Of a stretch of DNA of 64,000 nt, positions 1 to 11,840 are shown in pieces. Positions within the stretch are counted from its first letter, which is position 1; each line of letters begins with the position of its first letter. The position numbers and the translations under genes were made by a program. The notes beneath the pieces were generated by a model. That model saw nothing but the letters and a program-made list of their open reading frames with translations. It did no database searches and was not told where the DNA came from. Source of the stretch: Lama glama (Eukaryota); contig CM052840.1 of the NCBI GenBank assembly GCA_028534125.1, positions 21,638,001-21,702,000 of the forward strand, written 5' to 3'.

Positions 1-324
1 AATGTTGGGAACTGTTTCCAGTAGGAGTGTTTCTGGCGGGGCAGAGTTGGAAGAATGGTGCAGACTTTATTTGACAAAACCCTCTGACCCCTCTAAGGCT
101 AGCACAGTGAGAGTCCTACCCTGGAGCCCAGGCATCTGCACCCCGAGGCCCAAGAGGCCCGAGGCCCTCTTCCTACGAAGAGTTACTGCTCTGACCCCTC
201 ATCCTATAACTCTCTGGATCTTTTCTCTATCTCTAGAGTGAAGGAAGGCTGTCCTGGTGGCCTTTCCCCAGTTCCACCTTGTGAATTTATTTTTAAAACA
301 TTTCTTTTAAAAAAATTGTTGTAA

Positions 325-500
325 CATTTTTAATTGTAGTGAAACATACATAATGTATAATTTACCATCTTGACCACTTTTAAGTGTACAGTTCAGGCAT
401 GTGGTACAGTCACAGTTTTGGAGCAACCATCACCACCATCCGTGTCTAGAACTCTTCTCATCCTGCGAAACTGAAATTCTGTGCCCCTTGAACAGTAACA
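325..500 (-). mobile_element. Old L1 (L1MA/MB-type) 3' end fragment
   Basis: aatttaccatcttgaccacttttaagtgtacagttcag...accatcaccaccatcc...aaactgaaattctgtgcccc resembles the antisense L1M 3' terminus; boundaries approximate. Confidence 0.75.
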
Positions 501-2135
501 GGGCATTTCTTATCACGGCCCAGAGATGTTTGCCAAAGCTGCCTTTCCACTGTTCATGTTTTATTGGGAGGGAAGCTAGGGGACAGAGACGTTAGGTGAC
601 TCAGCTGTCTGCCATCAGAAAATTACTACTGGTAAAGAAATCAGAATTCTTAGCTTCTGAATTTTCAAGCAGATGCCTTTATATTGAGCTTCATTGCCTC
701 CAGTTCAATTCACCCAACTTATTGAGTGTCTGCTGTGTGTTGAAGATAGACTAGCAGTATTGATCAGCTGAGCCTAAAGGAACTTGAATAATAGCAAAGG
801 CATTTAAAAGGAAATAGGCTGCAACTCAATGTGTTAGAAGACATAATAACACATCATATAAATGCTGAAGAGAACAATACAGTCATTGTTACTATTAACT
901 TAGTTTACTGTTAAGCATTGCATTATATTTTATTTCCATTTCCTGCTGAAGTGCTTTAATCTGGAAAAGAACTAATCGTGTGTTTGGAGCTTTTCAAACT
1001 CGACCATATTTTGTTTAAGAAAGAGAGTGCGTGTGCTTCAGCAATCTCAAACTCCGTCGTCTGTTTGTCTCTTCTTTTACAATTTTGTACAGTGTTCTGA
1101 GCAGAGTACTGCCAAACCTCGCTGAACTGATCTCTGTTTACACAAAAGAGCGTGTCATTCAAAGCCAAAGCCACGGCAGTTCCCTGACAGAAGACCAGTG
1201 CATTCTCCAAATTTGTCTCCTCCACATTCTCTGTTAAACCCCGCAGAACCGAATGCACAGTGGTCATTCTAAAGCCAAGTGAGCAGAATACACATTCCGT
1301 GAAACCTCCAGTGTTGCTATGGCCAAAGCTGAACTTAGTCCCCATCACATGAATGTGGACCTAAAACTGGTGACCGTTTTACATAGTCTCCGTGAAAATG
1401 GTAGCTCGCAGTGTTAGGTCCTCGGCACCCTGATTGAACTGGGACTTTGTTCTGTATCTCTGCAATGATTATTATGATTTTTATTGAAATATCTCAGGAT
1501 TCTAGTACATTTGGAACTATATTCTCCCTTCTACTATTCTGCATAATGACCTCAAAGTGTATTTCTTTTTCCCCAATGAGCTTGTTGAATAATCATGCCA
1601 ATTCAAAAATTATTTTTTTGGTACTTTACTGCTGACTTTAACAAGTGACTTAATTTTCCAGGAGTGAGGAACATGTGGGTACTTGCTTACCCTAATGTGT
1701 AATTGCCAAAATTTTAATTCATGAAAAGAAACGGAATGAAAAACAGGTGTCATTAAAGAGGTATAATAAATACTTTTCCATTGAATCTAATTCAGTTGAA
1801 TTATAATTATCAGCCTGTATATTTTTTCAAAATAACATAAATACAAATATTTCCTGTGACAACTTAGCCTGATAAGAAACAGGGGGAGGCATGAAGGATT
1901 TCCCAGACAAGACTTGAAAGTTTAAACACTGTGTCTGAAGCACCCCCACCCTCTACAACTTCNNNNNNNNNNNNNNNNNNNNNNNNNNNNNNNNNNNNNN
2001 NNNNNNNNNNNNNNNNNNNNNNNNNNNNNNNNNNNNNNNNNNNNNNNNNNNNNNNNNNNNNNNNNNNNNNNNNNNNNNNNNNNNNNNNNNNNNNNNNNNN
2101 NNNNNNNNNNNNNNNNNNNNNNNNNNNNNNNNNNN

Positions 2136-2255
2136 TCAATCTGGACGGATGCCTATCAACTGACAGCGCTGTTAACTGCAGGGGAAATGACTCCATCCTG
2201 GTTTACCGGGGAAAAGAGCGGAGTGTCGACGAGAGTGGCCTCCAGCCTTTCACAG
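2136..2255 (+). CDS. USH2A: Usherin coding exon (human exon 28 equivalent), 3' portion only; the 5' end and acceptor lie in the N-gap 1963-2135
   Basis: Reads (V)NLDGCLSTDSAVNCRGNDSILVYRGKERSVDESGLQPFT; donor CACAG|GTAATG at 2255/2256, phase 1. If it is 204 bp like the human exon (recalled), it would start near 2052, inside the gap. Confidence 0.95.
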
Positions 2256-2378
2256 GTAATGTGAAGGTGCTCTAAGTTAAATGTTCCATGTCCCCTACCC
2301 ATCCCCCTTCCCTCCCCGCCACCCCGCTAGTCTACAGGAGTCATATTTTAACCTGCCCACTTCTTATTTCCATTGAAG

Positions 2379-2459
2379 AATACCTGTATCGAGTAATAGC
2401 CTCGCACGAAGGAGGTTCAGTGTCTAGTGACTGGCGTCGGGGACGGACAGCAGCAGCAG
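2379..2459 (+). CDS. USH2A: Usherin coding exon (human exon 29 equivalent), 81 bp
   Basis: Acceptor ttcttatttccattgaag|AA, donor GCAG|GTAAAT; reads (E)YLYRVIASHEGGSVSSDWRRGRTAAA; continues the frame of the previous exon, phase 1-1. Too short for the ORF track. Confidence 0.96.
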
Positions 2460-3681
2460 GTAAATAGTATTCATCTTAAAACGTGTGTGTGTGCACAAAT
2501 GCATATGCTTGTGCATGTGCAGAAAAGGAAAGACTACTACCCTGGAGCAAGGAGTAGGTTTGTAATCTTGTGACAGAGCATGCCTGGGTTTGCAGAGGCA
2601 TCTGTCATTGGTGAAAATGCTTTTGATTTTTCAAGTATTTAGGAAGTATCTGTTCAGGCTTGATTCTGTCCTCTTCAGATACAATAGGAATTTAGTTCAG
2701 GTTGTCTTAAAGATGCAATATCTACTGTAATTTATCTAAGAGTAGGAAGCCTTTACTGACTGCCTAGACTCCTAGAAGCTGAAGTCAGGATTGCCCTTAG
2801 GTGGGGGTGGCAGCCTCTTGCCTCTCTGGTGAGAGTGCATCTGAAACCTGCACTCCAGTTGGAAGCAGCTGTGTCTTTTATCACTTCATGACAGATGTTT
2901 GCCATGGTGTGAACTATTAGGATCTTAGAATGACTCTCCCAGGATAGAAATTGCTGAGTGGTCTAATTTTTTTTTTCTTGAATGGGAGGGGAGACAACTA
3001 GGAAACAGACTACATCAGATCAGATAACGGATTTGTAAGTGCTTTGTACTTTTGACAGCGACCACAGAATCTCTCCACGTAGTACCATCATGCAGAGGCA
3101 TTCCTTATGAAAAGTTTTGCGAACCAGTAGCCTTCCACCATTTGGGATCAGCCATTTGTCAGCAAGACAAATGCATTTCCATATGGTTGACACTCAGGCC
3201 TCCTGAAGACAGTTCATCTTTAGCAAGTCACAGTTTGTCTAAAGCTGTGGTTTTTTTTTTATCAAGATATTTTCTCATCCTAATTATCAACAACGGGTTA
3301 CTAACCTAGGCATATTTGAGGAATTTTTTTTAATCTAAAAGATAATTAAACACTGAGATGGACTACTATTAATTATTTTCAAAGCTCTCTGTCTGCAGAT
3401 TGTCCAGAAGAGGACAACTTGACAGTTTTCTAGGATGATTTAAATCATCATCTATTTATAGGCAAGACAATGAAGTGAGTGATCCTTTAAAATCCTTTTC
3501 AACTTTAGAGCTTGGAAAAAGCTCTGATGTAAAATATTCCTTTGTTACTAGCATGTCTTCTGCCCCTGTTTCTTACTTCTCTACTTTATTATCAGATATA
3601 CTATAAAGCCTGCTTCCAGGCTAATTGAGCAACATAAATAGATGAAATGCATCGCTTACCTAGCTTGATTGCCCCCATTTT

Positions 3682-3857
3682 TTTAAACAAAGGGGGTTTA
3701 TTTAGTTTATTTAACTGTACAGTTTATTTTTAGGGGGGTAGTTAGGCTTATTTATGTATTTATTCATGTATTTATTTTTAATGGAGACACTGGGGATTGA
3801 ACCCAGGATCTCATGCATGGTAAGCATGCACTGTAACCCTGAGCTATACCCACCCCA
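3682..3857 (-). mobile_element. tRNA-derived SINE, camelid vic-1 type, with 15-bp target-site duplication
   Basis: Minus strand reads GGGTATAGCTCAGGGTTACAGTGCATGCTTACCATGCATGAGATCCTGGGTTCAATCCCCAG (Pol III A and B boxes) followed by an A-rich tail; TSD GATTGCCCCCATTTT at 3667-3681 and 3858-3872. Confidence 0.9.
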
Positions 3858-5226
3858 GATTGCCCCCATTTTGAGTACCACTGAGAAAGTATGCAAATAG
3901 AGCTCTGAATTTATAGCAATGGTCTGACCACAAATTCTCCTGCCATAAATNNNNNNNNNNNNNNNNNNNNNNNNNNNNNNNNNNNNNNNNNNNNNNNNNN
4001 NNNNNNNNNNNNNNNNNNNNNNNNNNNNNNNNNNNNNNNNNNNNNNNNNNNNNNNNNNNNNNNNNNNNNNNNNNNNNNNNNNNNNNNNNNGCCCTGCACC
4101 ACATTTCAGAACTAATAAAATCAACATCACTCCCAATGTCCCATTACTTGCAACTTGATTGTGTGGCCAGTGTGTTTCCTATCGGTGCCCATGGTGTTTT
4201 ACCTGCTCAGACAGTGGTTCTCCACCTCTGTGCTTCCTCCCATCCTTTATGTTCACTTTGTTTCCCTTGAAGCTGTCCTGTTTTATTGGCCTGAGCAGTA
4301 AAGTCAGAGCAAGAGGATATTTGATGGGGGAAAACCAGAGTGACCCTCCATCGACAGGGCTCAGGAGTCCAGGAGCAGTCAGAGCCCGCCTCTCATCCAT
4401 CATCCTGCCAGGGAGTTCCCTGAGCTTTTTCTCAGTATCTCCAGCGCAGTCAGCTGTGATGAAGTTGTTACTGATCAGAACCATAGAAATAGCTAATAAA
4501 TAATTAGAGGTTATGGATTTCCAAAATTAGGGGACTCGGCTTACAAGTGAGGTTTTGCATTCCCTTTAAACTTCCTCATTTTGTGTTCTTATTATGTGAT
4601 ATTCCAAAGAAAATGTCTCTGAAAATGATTTTGTAGAATCTCAAGGGCACCAGTTCCTCTACCCAGCAAAATACAGTTAGGGATGTATCCTGTATATCAT
4701 ATCTGGTAGAACTTTGCTTTTTTAAAAAATTAATTTGAGAAACAATTGAATTTGGAAAATGGGATCAGACCTTCATGTGCAATGCAATCACATTTGTGAT
4801 ATTTTTTGGCTAATACATTGAAGATATAAAAGTGTCAAACCACTATGTATAATAACAGTCTAATTATCTTGCTTCCAAGGGGTACATCATTAGGTTGTTT
4901 GAACTTGTTATCTGCCCACCATCCACCTCCTTCTTTATGAGTGATGTTTAAAACATGTCGGATACATTAAATGTTTTTGGAAAACCTGGACTAGACCTGA
5001 AAGAACGTCATGTCGATGGNNNNNNNNNNNNNNNNNNNNNNNNNNNNNNNNNNNNNNNNNNNNNNNNNNNNNNNNNNNNNNNNNNNNNNNNNNNNNNNNN
5101 NNNNNNNNNNNNNNNNNNNNNNNNNNNNNNNNNNNNNNNNNNNNNNNNNNNNNNNNNNNTGAGAAATAGGGGCAGGAGTCTTCTCAGAACTGCCATTTTC
5201 CCTGTTTCTCTTTTATTCTTTCACAG

Positions 5227-5421
5227 CCCCACAAAGTGTGCCAACTCCCTCAAGAGTCCGCAGCATAAACGGATATAGCATCGAGGTGACCTGGGATGAA
5301 CCTGCCATGGCCAGAGGTGTCATTGAGAAGTACGTTCTGAGAGCCTACAGCGAGGAGGATCCCCGGGAGCCCCGCGTGCCCTCCGCCAGCTCCGAGTCTG
5401 CCAATCCCAGCACCTTCACAG
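5227..5421 (+). CDS. USH2A: Usherin coding exon (human exon 30 equivalent), 195 bp, first part of an FN3 domain
   Basis: Acceptor ttttattctttcacag|CC, donor ACAG|GTAACG; reads (A)PQSVPTPSRVRSINGYSIEVTWDEPAMARGVIEKYVLRAYSEEDPREPRVPSASSESANPSTFT; overlaps ORF 5238..5480. Confidence 0.97.
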
Positions 5422-6954
5422 GTAACGGTGATGCCTTAAGGGAGCAGAACTTAGTAATTTTCTTTTTGTTTTTGACTTGAAATAAAAACACTCTTCAAAG
5501 CTTTTTCCCCAATACAATAAACATTCCTATATGTTGACTGATTAAAGAACAAGAGCTGTCTCTAATCATATGGACGCCTCCGTCCACCTAGGATGAAGAA
5601 GAGAATTATTTGTTTATGGGCTCTTATGGAGAGTTTTATTATGGGGATGATATTCTCTCTGCCCCCAAAAGAGCAGGTCACAGGGGGCTCTCATCCTTAA
5701 TCGGATCCTCATACATACAGATAAACCTTTTAGAGATCCTGTGTGTACATACAGGACTGGCCCCCTATTTCACCATGCAAAAAATGTACTCTTTGGGGCT
5801 AGCCCAGGTTCACAGCACCATTATTTATTGTGAAATTGTTGATTAAACCTGATTATGTCAAGGTAGAGGAGGATTAAAGTGCCAGCAGTCTGACTGGCAA
5901 ACCAGGGAATCAATTCTGCACAGTGCAGCACACATGCTGGGCGAACCGTGTGGGATACACTCACGCACAGGTCCTGTTCTTGAATTTGTGCACGTGTAGC
6001 AAGACAGCGGTTTTCAGCCTCATGAAATGTTAAAGCCCATTTAAATGGAAAGTCAAGTTTAAGCCTTTGGCCAAAAAAAGTGTAATGCATCAACACATTT
6101 AATAGAAAAAAATTGTTTTCCTCCGTCAGATACTTTTATAACTTGAAAAATCATATGGATTTTAGAGCAGCCTTAATTGTCTTTCCAACACCTCTATTGT
6201 CAACCCCCTCAGCTTTTACTTCCTTTTTTAGATTCCTTAGAATCTGCAGCCCAAAGATACAACCAGCTTAAAAAAAAAACAAACCCTGATATGTTTCAAG
6301 TCCTTCATTCCCTATTTTACCCACGCAATGTAAACCCAATCTGATTTCCCCAGGATGCACATGGCAGCTAAGTGGGCTGGAAAACACTAAGCAGTTTGTC
6401 ACTAAAAATTCTCCCCATTTTTCAGATGGACACTCAGTAATGACACCAGTTCTACCGTGTTTCTGTAGTAAGTTCCTTCTCCCTTTCTCCTCATTAAATA
6501 TTTTTTATTTTTCCAAACTATCTAAAGTCTAACGTGCTGTCCTTATTCTACTCAGCAGATGGTCCTCTATATTAGATCATCTCAGACACCAAAACAAGCA
6601 AACAAAACCTCCAGAATCTATCAGAGAATTTCTGTCACTTTCTTACTACCAAATATATGCATTAATTGCATTTTTTAACCAATACAGTTGTTTTTAGGGG
6701 TTAAGTGAATTAATGAATACTAAAATATTTTAAAATGTTTTTGGCATATAATAGGCATTTGCCATGGTTCTTATTTTCATTTCTGTTTTTCACTTTTCTC
6801 TCCTTTTTTTCTTCCTGTTTTTACAGAGCTTCCCTTATCCTATCAAAAATAAAATCTTTAAAAGTCCTCTGGATCCCAACTCTTCCTGTCTTTTCAGAGA
6901 TGTTACTGGTGGTCTCTCTTCCTCTCACTTACATTTTTCACCTCTGTCTCCCCG

Positions 6955-7141
6955 AGTAGTTCATGAGGTGTGGTCCTAGGACCTGCACCCACAGCCTCAC
7001 CTGGGACCTCCTAATTAATGCAGGTTCTCCAGCCTGCCCTCACCTGCTGAATCAGAAGCTGTGGGGCGGAGCTCAGTTATCCCTGTTTTAACAAGCCCTC
7101 TTCATGTGATGCCGGTGCCTACCCAAATTTAAGAGCCACTG
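6955..7141. mobile_element. MER5A-like hAT/Charlie MITE
   Basis: gtgtggtcctaggacc...cacctgggacc...tgaatcagaagctgtgggg...tttaacaagccctc...agagccactg; ~185 bp with MER5-like termini. Confidence 0.75.
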
Positions 7142-7149
7142 CCCAGCTG

Positions 7150-8050
7150 GATTCTGCCCAAGATCACTCAAACTCTGTCAAGTGCCATTGTTAAACACGA
7201 ACAAACCCAAGCCAATTATAACAGTCTTTTTTTGTCTAACATTCTTTCCGGCTGTTGGTTCCTCTCTCCCCTTCCCAGGCTTATTTCTACCAAGAAGCAC
7301 CTATGGTGTTGTCCCCTTTCTTCATTGGGTCTGATTTCCGCTCTCTTGCCTTGCCGAGAACACCAGCGTCCATGTTTAAGTATCCAAAGAGCACTTTGTA
7401 ATCCTGGTGTCCCTGCTCGAAAGCAGTGGGGTTCCTCACCATTTCTCAGTATATTTTACTTCTCTGACTCTTCTGGTTCTCGCTCCTCTTTTCTGTGTCC
7501 TTTGCCCGCTCCTTCTGAAGCTTGACTGCCTTTCGGAGAACCTTAGGGTCTAGACCCAGGACCTTTTGCCTCTTTCTATTTTCCTGCAGCCTTGCTCCAG
7601 AAAGCTCATCAGTTCCCACCACATTCAGTACCATGCACACACTGTTGACTCCTAAATACACATCCTGCCCAGACTTGCAAATGTGTGTATCCAACAGGAA
7701 TTTGGAAAAGTTGACATTTCTAGTACACCAATAGACATCAAATAACCTCTCAACTTAACCATTTTCAAACCTGAACTCCTGCCCCTCCTGCCTTCCCACT
7801 GTCAATAAATGACACGTCCAGCCACTCAGTTAATCAAGTATAAGATTTTTTTCTCACCTTTTCATATTTCAAACCTCATATATCCATGTTTATTCATCCA
7901 TTTTCCAAACTACGTGTTAAATTCATCTCTCTCTTCCCTTATCTACTGTTCAAGATGAACCACTGCAGTCTTCCCTGCACAGCTGTGACACTCTTCTTTT
8001 TCATTACCCCCATCATGAATCCATCCCACAGAGCAATTAGAGGGTCTCCA
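7150..8050 (+). mobile_element. Degenerate L2 LINE fragment
   Basis: Pyrimidine-rich tract with L2-like segments (gactcctaaatacacatcctgcccagac...acatcaaataacctctcaacttaacc...aaacctgaactcctg); boundaries approximate. Confidence 0.55.
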
Positions 8051-8184
8051 ACTTTTGCTCTTACAATCAGTAGGATTTTTTTAAGTCTGCATGTAAATCT
8101 TTGGAGGAAGGCCTGACAGTGATAGTAGGATAAATCCCTTGAAATGGATCAGCTAGGTCAAAGGCTTTTAAAGTCATTATACAG

Positions 8185-8610
8185 TCTTGGACTTTGAAGT
8201 CAAGTAGACATGGATACAGACCTCTGCTACGAACCTTCCGTGTGCCTTTGGGGAAATTATGTATCCTCCTGGATCTTTCGTTAGTGTCTTCATCTTTAAA
8301 ATAGGAGAATAATAGTTACTTCAGAAGAATATTAGAAGTATTAAGTGAGATGATATTCTAATACTTTTCAGCTGGGTAACCTTGGACAAATTAATTAACA
8401 TCCCTGTGCCTCTGATTCCCTATAAATAAAATGAGAATGAAATAACTACCCATCTCATAGGATAGCTGTGAGGATAAAGTGAATCCATGTGTATGTAGAG
8501 CAGCAGTTGACTCATGGATTGCACTGTATAAAGGTTAGCTATGAGATGTTTTGAAAGCATGTAGCACAATGCTTAACATACGGTAATTTCTCAACAAACT
8601 ATAGTTATTT
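8185..8610 (+). mobile_element. Two adjacent or nested MIR SINEs
   Basis: Two MIR core motifs (gtcttcatctttaaaataggagaataatag; accttggacaaattaattaacatccctgtgcctc...taaaatgagaatgaaataactacccatctcatagg). Confidence 0.7.
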
Positions 8611-11418
8611 TTATGGTGCCAAATACATGCCCAAAAGGCTGTACAAAATGTAATCCCACTAGCAAGCAGAATGCAAAATTGCATATTTCATTTCATCCTA
8701 GTGACAAGTTTTACATTTAAAAGAAATTTTGTGGATTTTTGAAGTATATCAGTATATTGCTTTAATTTGGCTTATTTGACTACTGGAGACATTAGATATT
8801 CTTATTGTTTACTGGTAATTTGTACTTCTTTTATGACATACCTAGCATGTTCCATCATCAGTTCTTTTACTGGAAGATTCACATTTTTTGTCATTGATTT
8901 AAAATATCTCTTTACATATGAAGAATATTATACTTACATTAGACTAATGTGCTGCAACATCCTGGTTTCTCACTTGTCTTTTATTCTGATTTGCATTTTA
9001 TGTGCAGATTTTAAAGAATATTTTCTGTTGTTAATATAACAGCTTAAAAAATTTGTTAGTTTTCTGTGGGTAATTTGGGGGAAAAAAAAGCATACTCTCC
9101 ATTCAGGGTAGACTAAAACTTGCTTATATTAGACATACCATATTGATAATATATATAATGCACATTCTCTGAATTAGTAATTTGAAATTTGCGGTATAAT
9201 CAAACCAGAAACTGGGGTGCAGAGAGGCTTTTCAACTTACACCAGCTTTGCCCAAGACTTGGAAGGATATCTTGCTTAGAAGAGATTGAAAATCAGTACA
9301 GTAAAGTATTGGATATTACTAGAGGTTATTTCAAGCATGTGGGTGGTGTACAGAGAGAAGAAAATTAGAGAACCACTGACCAATTGTTATTTATTTTTAT
9401 GTACCCAATCTGTTAAAAAAAAATAAGGGAAATTCTCAATTATTGCAATTTTGTCAATTTCTTGGATTGTCAGTTGTCAGTTTCTTTGGAAATTGCTTTT
9501 TTGTTTGTATTTTTCTACTCATTTTACATTCATTATAATATTTTAACCTTTACAGTCACATTGCTTTAAGCATATCTCTGTAAATAGAATCTAGTTTGAT
9601 TCAACTTAAAAATCTCTATATTTTAGTAGGGGCCGTAACTCACTCACATTTGCTTATATAATCTATACACTTGTGCTTATTTCTGCGATCATATTTCATG
9701 CTTTCCAGTTTGTTCTTTTTTTTTTTTTTTTGCTATTCTTTTATTTCTCTTCTTGCCTGCATGGACTATGAATTCTTTAACTTTCTTTCCCTCATGGGAT
9801 TTTAAAGATGTATCTGCTGCTCACAGTTGTGAACTGAACAGACAAGGACATACATAGGAGAGAATCTTTAAGATTATGGAGAACTCTGGCATTGCCAGGT
9901 GGACTGTTATTGTGCAGAATCAAGATTTTGAGAGAGAGGAATATGACTCGAGAGACACCAAACCCAGGCTGAATAGTCAAAGTCAGAGAATTTCACAGTA
10001 AAGATTAAAGAGTATTAGGAAGTAAGGGACGGGGAGGGGGGTGGGGGGAGGTGAAAGTAGAGAACCAGGAACCTGGATCTGATGGGGATGTTAGAATGTG
10101 GAAATGGGTTGCTGGCAGCTGCTTTGCCAGTGTGTTGAGATAACAAGTTACCGACAGAGAGGAAAATAGATAAAGTAAATTGTGAGTAGTTTTGCTATTG
10201 ATCTTGAAAGTAATCCCCCGTTAGCATTTCTGAGGTACCTTTGTTGAGATTTTAATGTTTAATTTTTTGGTTGTTAAGAGTGGCATTTATTTGAGTAAAA
10301 CAATGCTGATACTGGATGCACACAGCAATTTAGCTTTATTGGTTCACACAGGGTCCTTAACAATTAAGTTATCATAAAATGTGTTGGTTTCCTTTCATAA
10401 CTTTTATTCCTGTTATATAGCAAGCTCTTTTTTCCTTCAAATTTGGGGTCTTTCTTTGGCTTAGAAAGTTTGCTAATGTATATATTCTCATTTCTTCTGG
10501 TAGCAGTTTTCAGTATTGTTTATTTCTTCCCAGTTTGTCCTCTTCACTTTAACAGCCCAGAACACAGCTTGTCGAGTCAAAGTTCAAATCCCAGTTATGT
10601 CACCTGTTAGCTGTATGATCTCAGGCAAATTTAAAACATATCACTGTATCGGAGATTTCTTGTATATAAACTGGGGTAGAAACCTTCTTTGTGTTATAAA
10701 ACTGTTGCAAATATAAAAAAATGAATGACCTACATAGAATATTTTGCTCATAAATAGGCACATAGTAAATGGTCAGTGAATTCATTGTTACCTTTATACT
10801 GTTCACTCTCTGAAGTCTAGATTATTTCTTCATAAATGTTTCCTTTTTCATTTTCTGATTTTTGCACTATTGATTCCGCTCTTTGAATCTTCTGAGATGA
10901 TTTTTTTGTTCTTCTCTTTCAGTCTTTTATATGATTTGTATTTCTTCCTTATCCAGCTTACCTTGATTTCTTCCTGCCTCTCAAGATTATCTATTTTCAT
11001 CTCTGTTGTTGACCACTCACCTTCTGTCTCTTGTTCAATGGATTCCAAGTTCTTTTTGATCTTATTAATAGCGTGAAACTGATGATGTTTAAGCTGTAGG
11101 GGTTTCCTGAATTAAATCCTCCCCAGAGCATGATCATCTTCTGTAATTTGAATTCTATGTTCTTTGCTCCTTTTGAGTATGAGATATTTTTCCTGATATT
11201 TGAGATTCCTGAGATATTTGATTAAATGCATCCCCTACCCACCTACCCTCACTTCCACAGTTTACTTGCCCTGTCCCTAAATTTATCTTCAGACTGGGTG
11301 TTTACTCAAGAAAATTAAATCCTTTTTACTGGGCACTTACTAGGTGTTCATAAAAACAATCACAGGGCTTAGGATGGGGTCAATTAAGGTAGATTGCATT
11401 AGCTTCATAGCAATCTCT

Positions 11419-11816
11419 TTTTTTTAAATATATATTTGTTTTAATATTCTTTTTCATTAAAGGTTATTACAATATGTTAAATATAGTTCCCTGTACTATA
11501 TAGAAGCAACTTATTTTTAATCTATTTTTGTTTATAGTGGCTAACATTTGCAAATCTTAAATTTCCAAATTTATCCCTTCCCACCCCCTTTCCCTGGGTA
11601 ACCATAAAATTGTTTACCATGTCTGAGAGTCTGTTTCTGTTTTGTAGATGAGTTCATAGTGTCTTTCCCCCACCCCTTTTTTTTTAGATTCCCCATATGA
11701 GGGATATCTTATGGTATTTTTGTTTCTCTTTCTGGCTTACTTCACTTAGAATGACGATCTCTAGGTCCATCCCTGTTGCTGCAAATGGCATTATTTTATT
11801 CTTTTTTATGGCTGAG
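11419..11816 (-). mobile_element. 5'-truncated lineage-specific L1 3' end with 11-bp TSD
   Basis: Contains ctggcttacttcacttagaatgac...gttgctgcaaatggcattatttt, shared with the copies at 21.6 and 43.2 kb; TSD TAGCAATCTCT at 11408-11418 and 11817-11827. Confidence 0.9.
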
Positions 11817-11840
11817 TAGCAATCTCTCAATGTTAGCACC

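Noticed and set aside
956-1348. 130-aa minus-strand ORF
   Set aside because: No recognisable domain, promoter or retrocopy hallmarks; the length is within chance for a 64-kb six-frame scan.
3790-3857. Possible tRNA gene (A/B boxes), also at 34495-34566
   Set aside because: Both continue into a SINE body and tail and are flanked by TSDs, so they are tRNA-derived SINEs, not tRNA genes.
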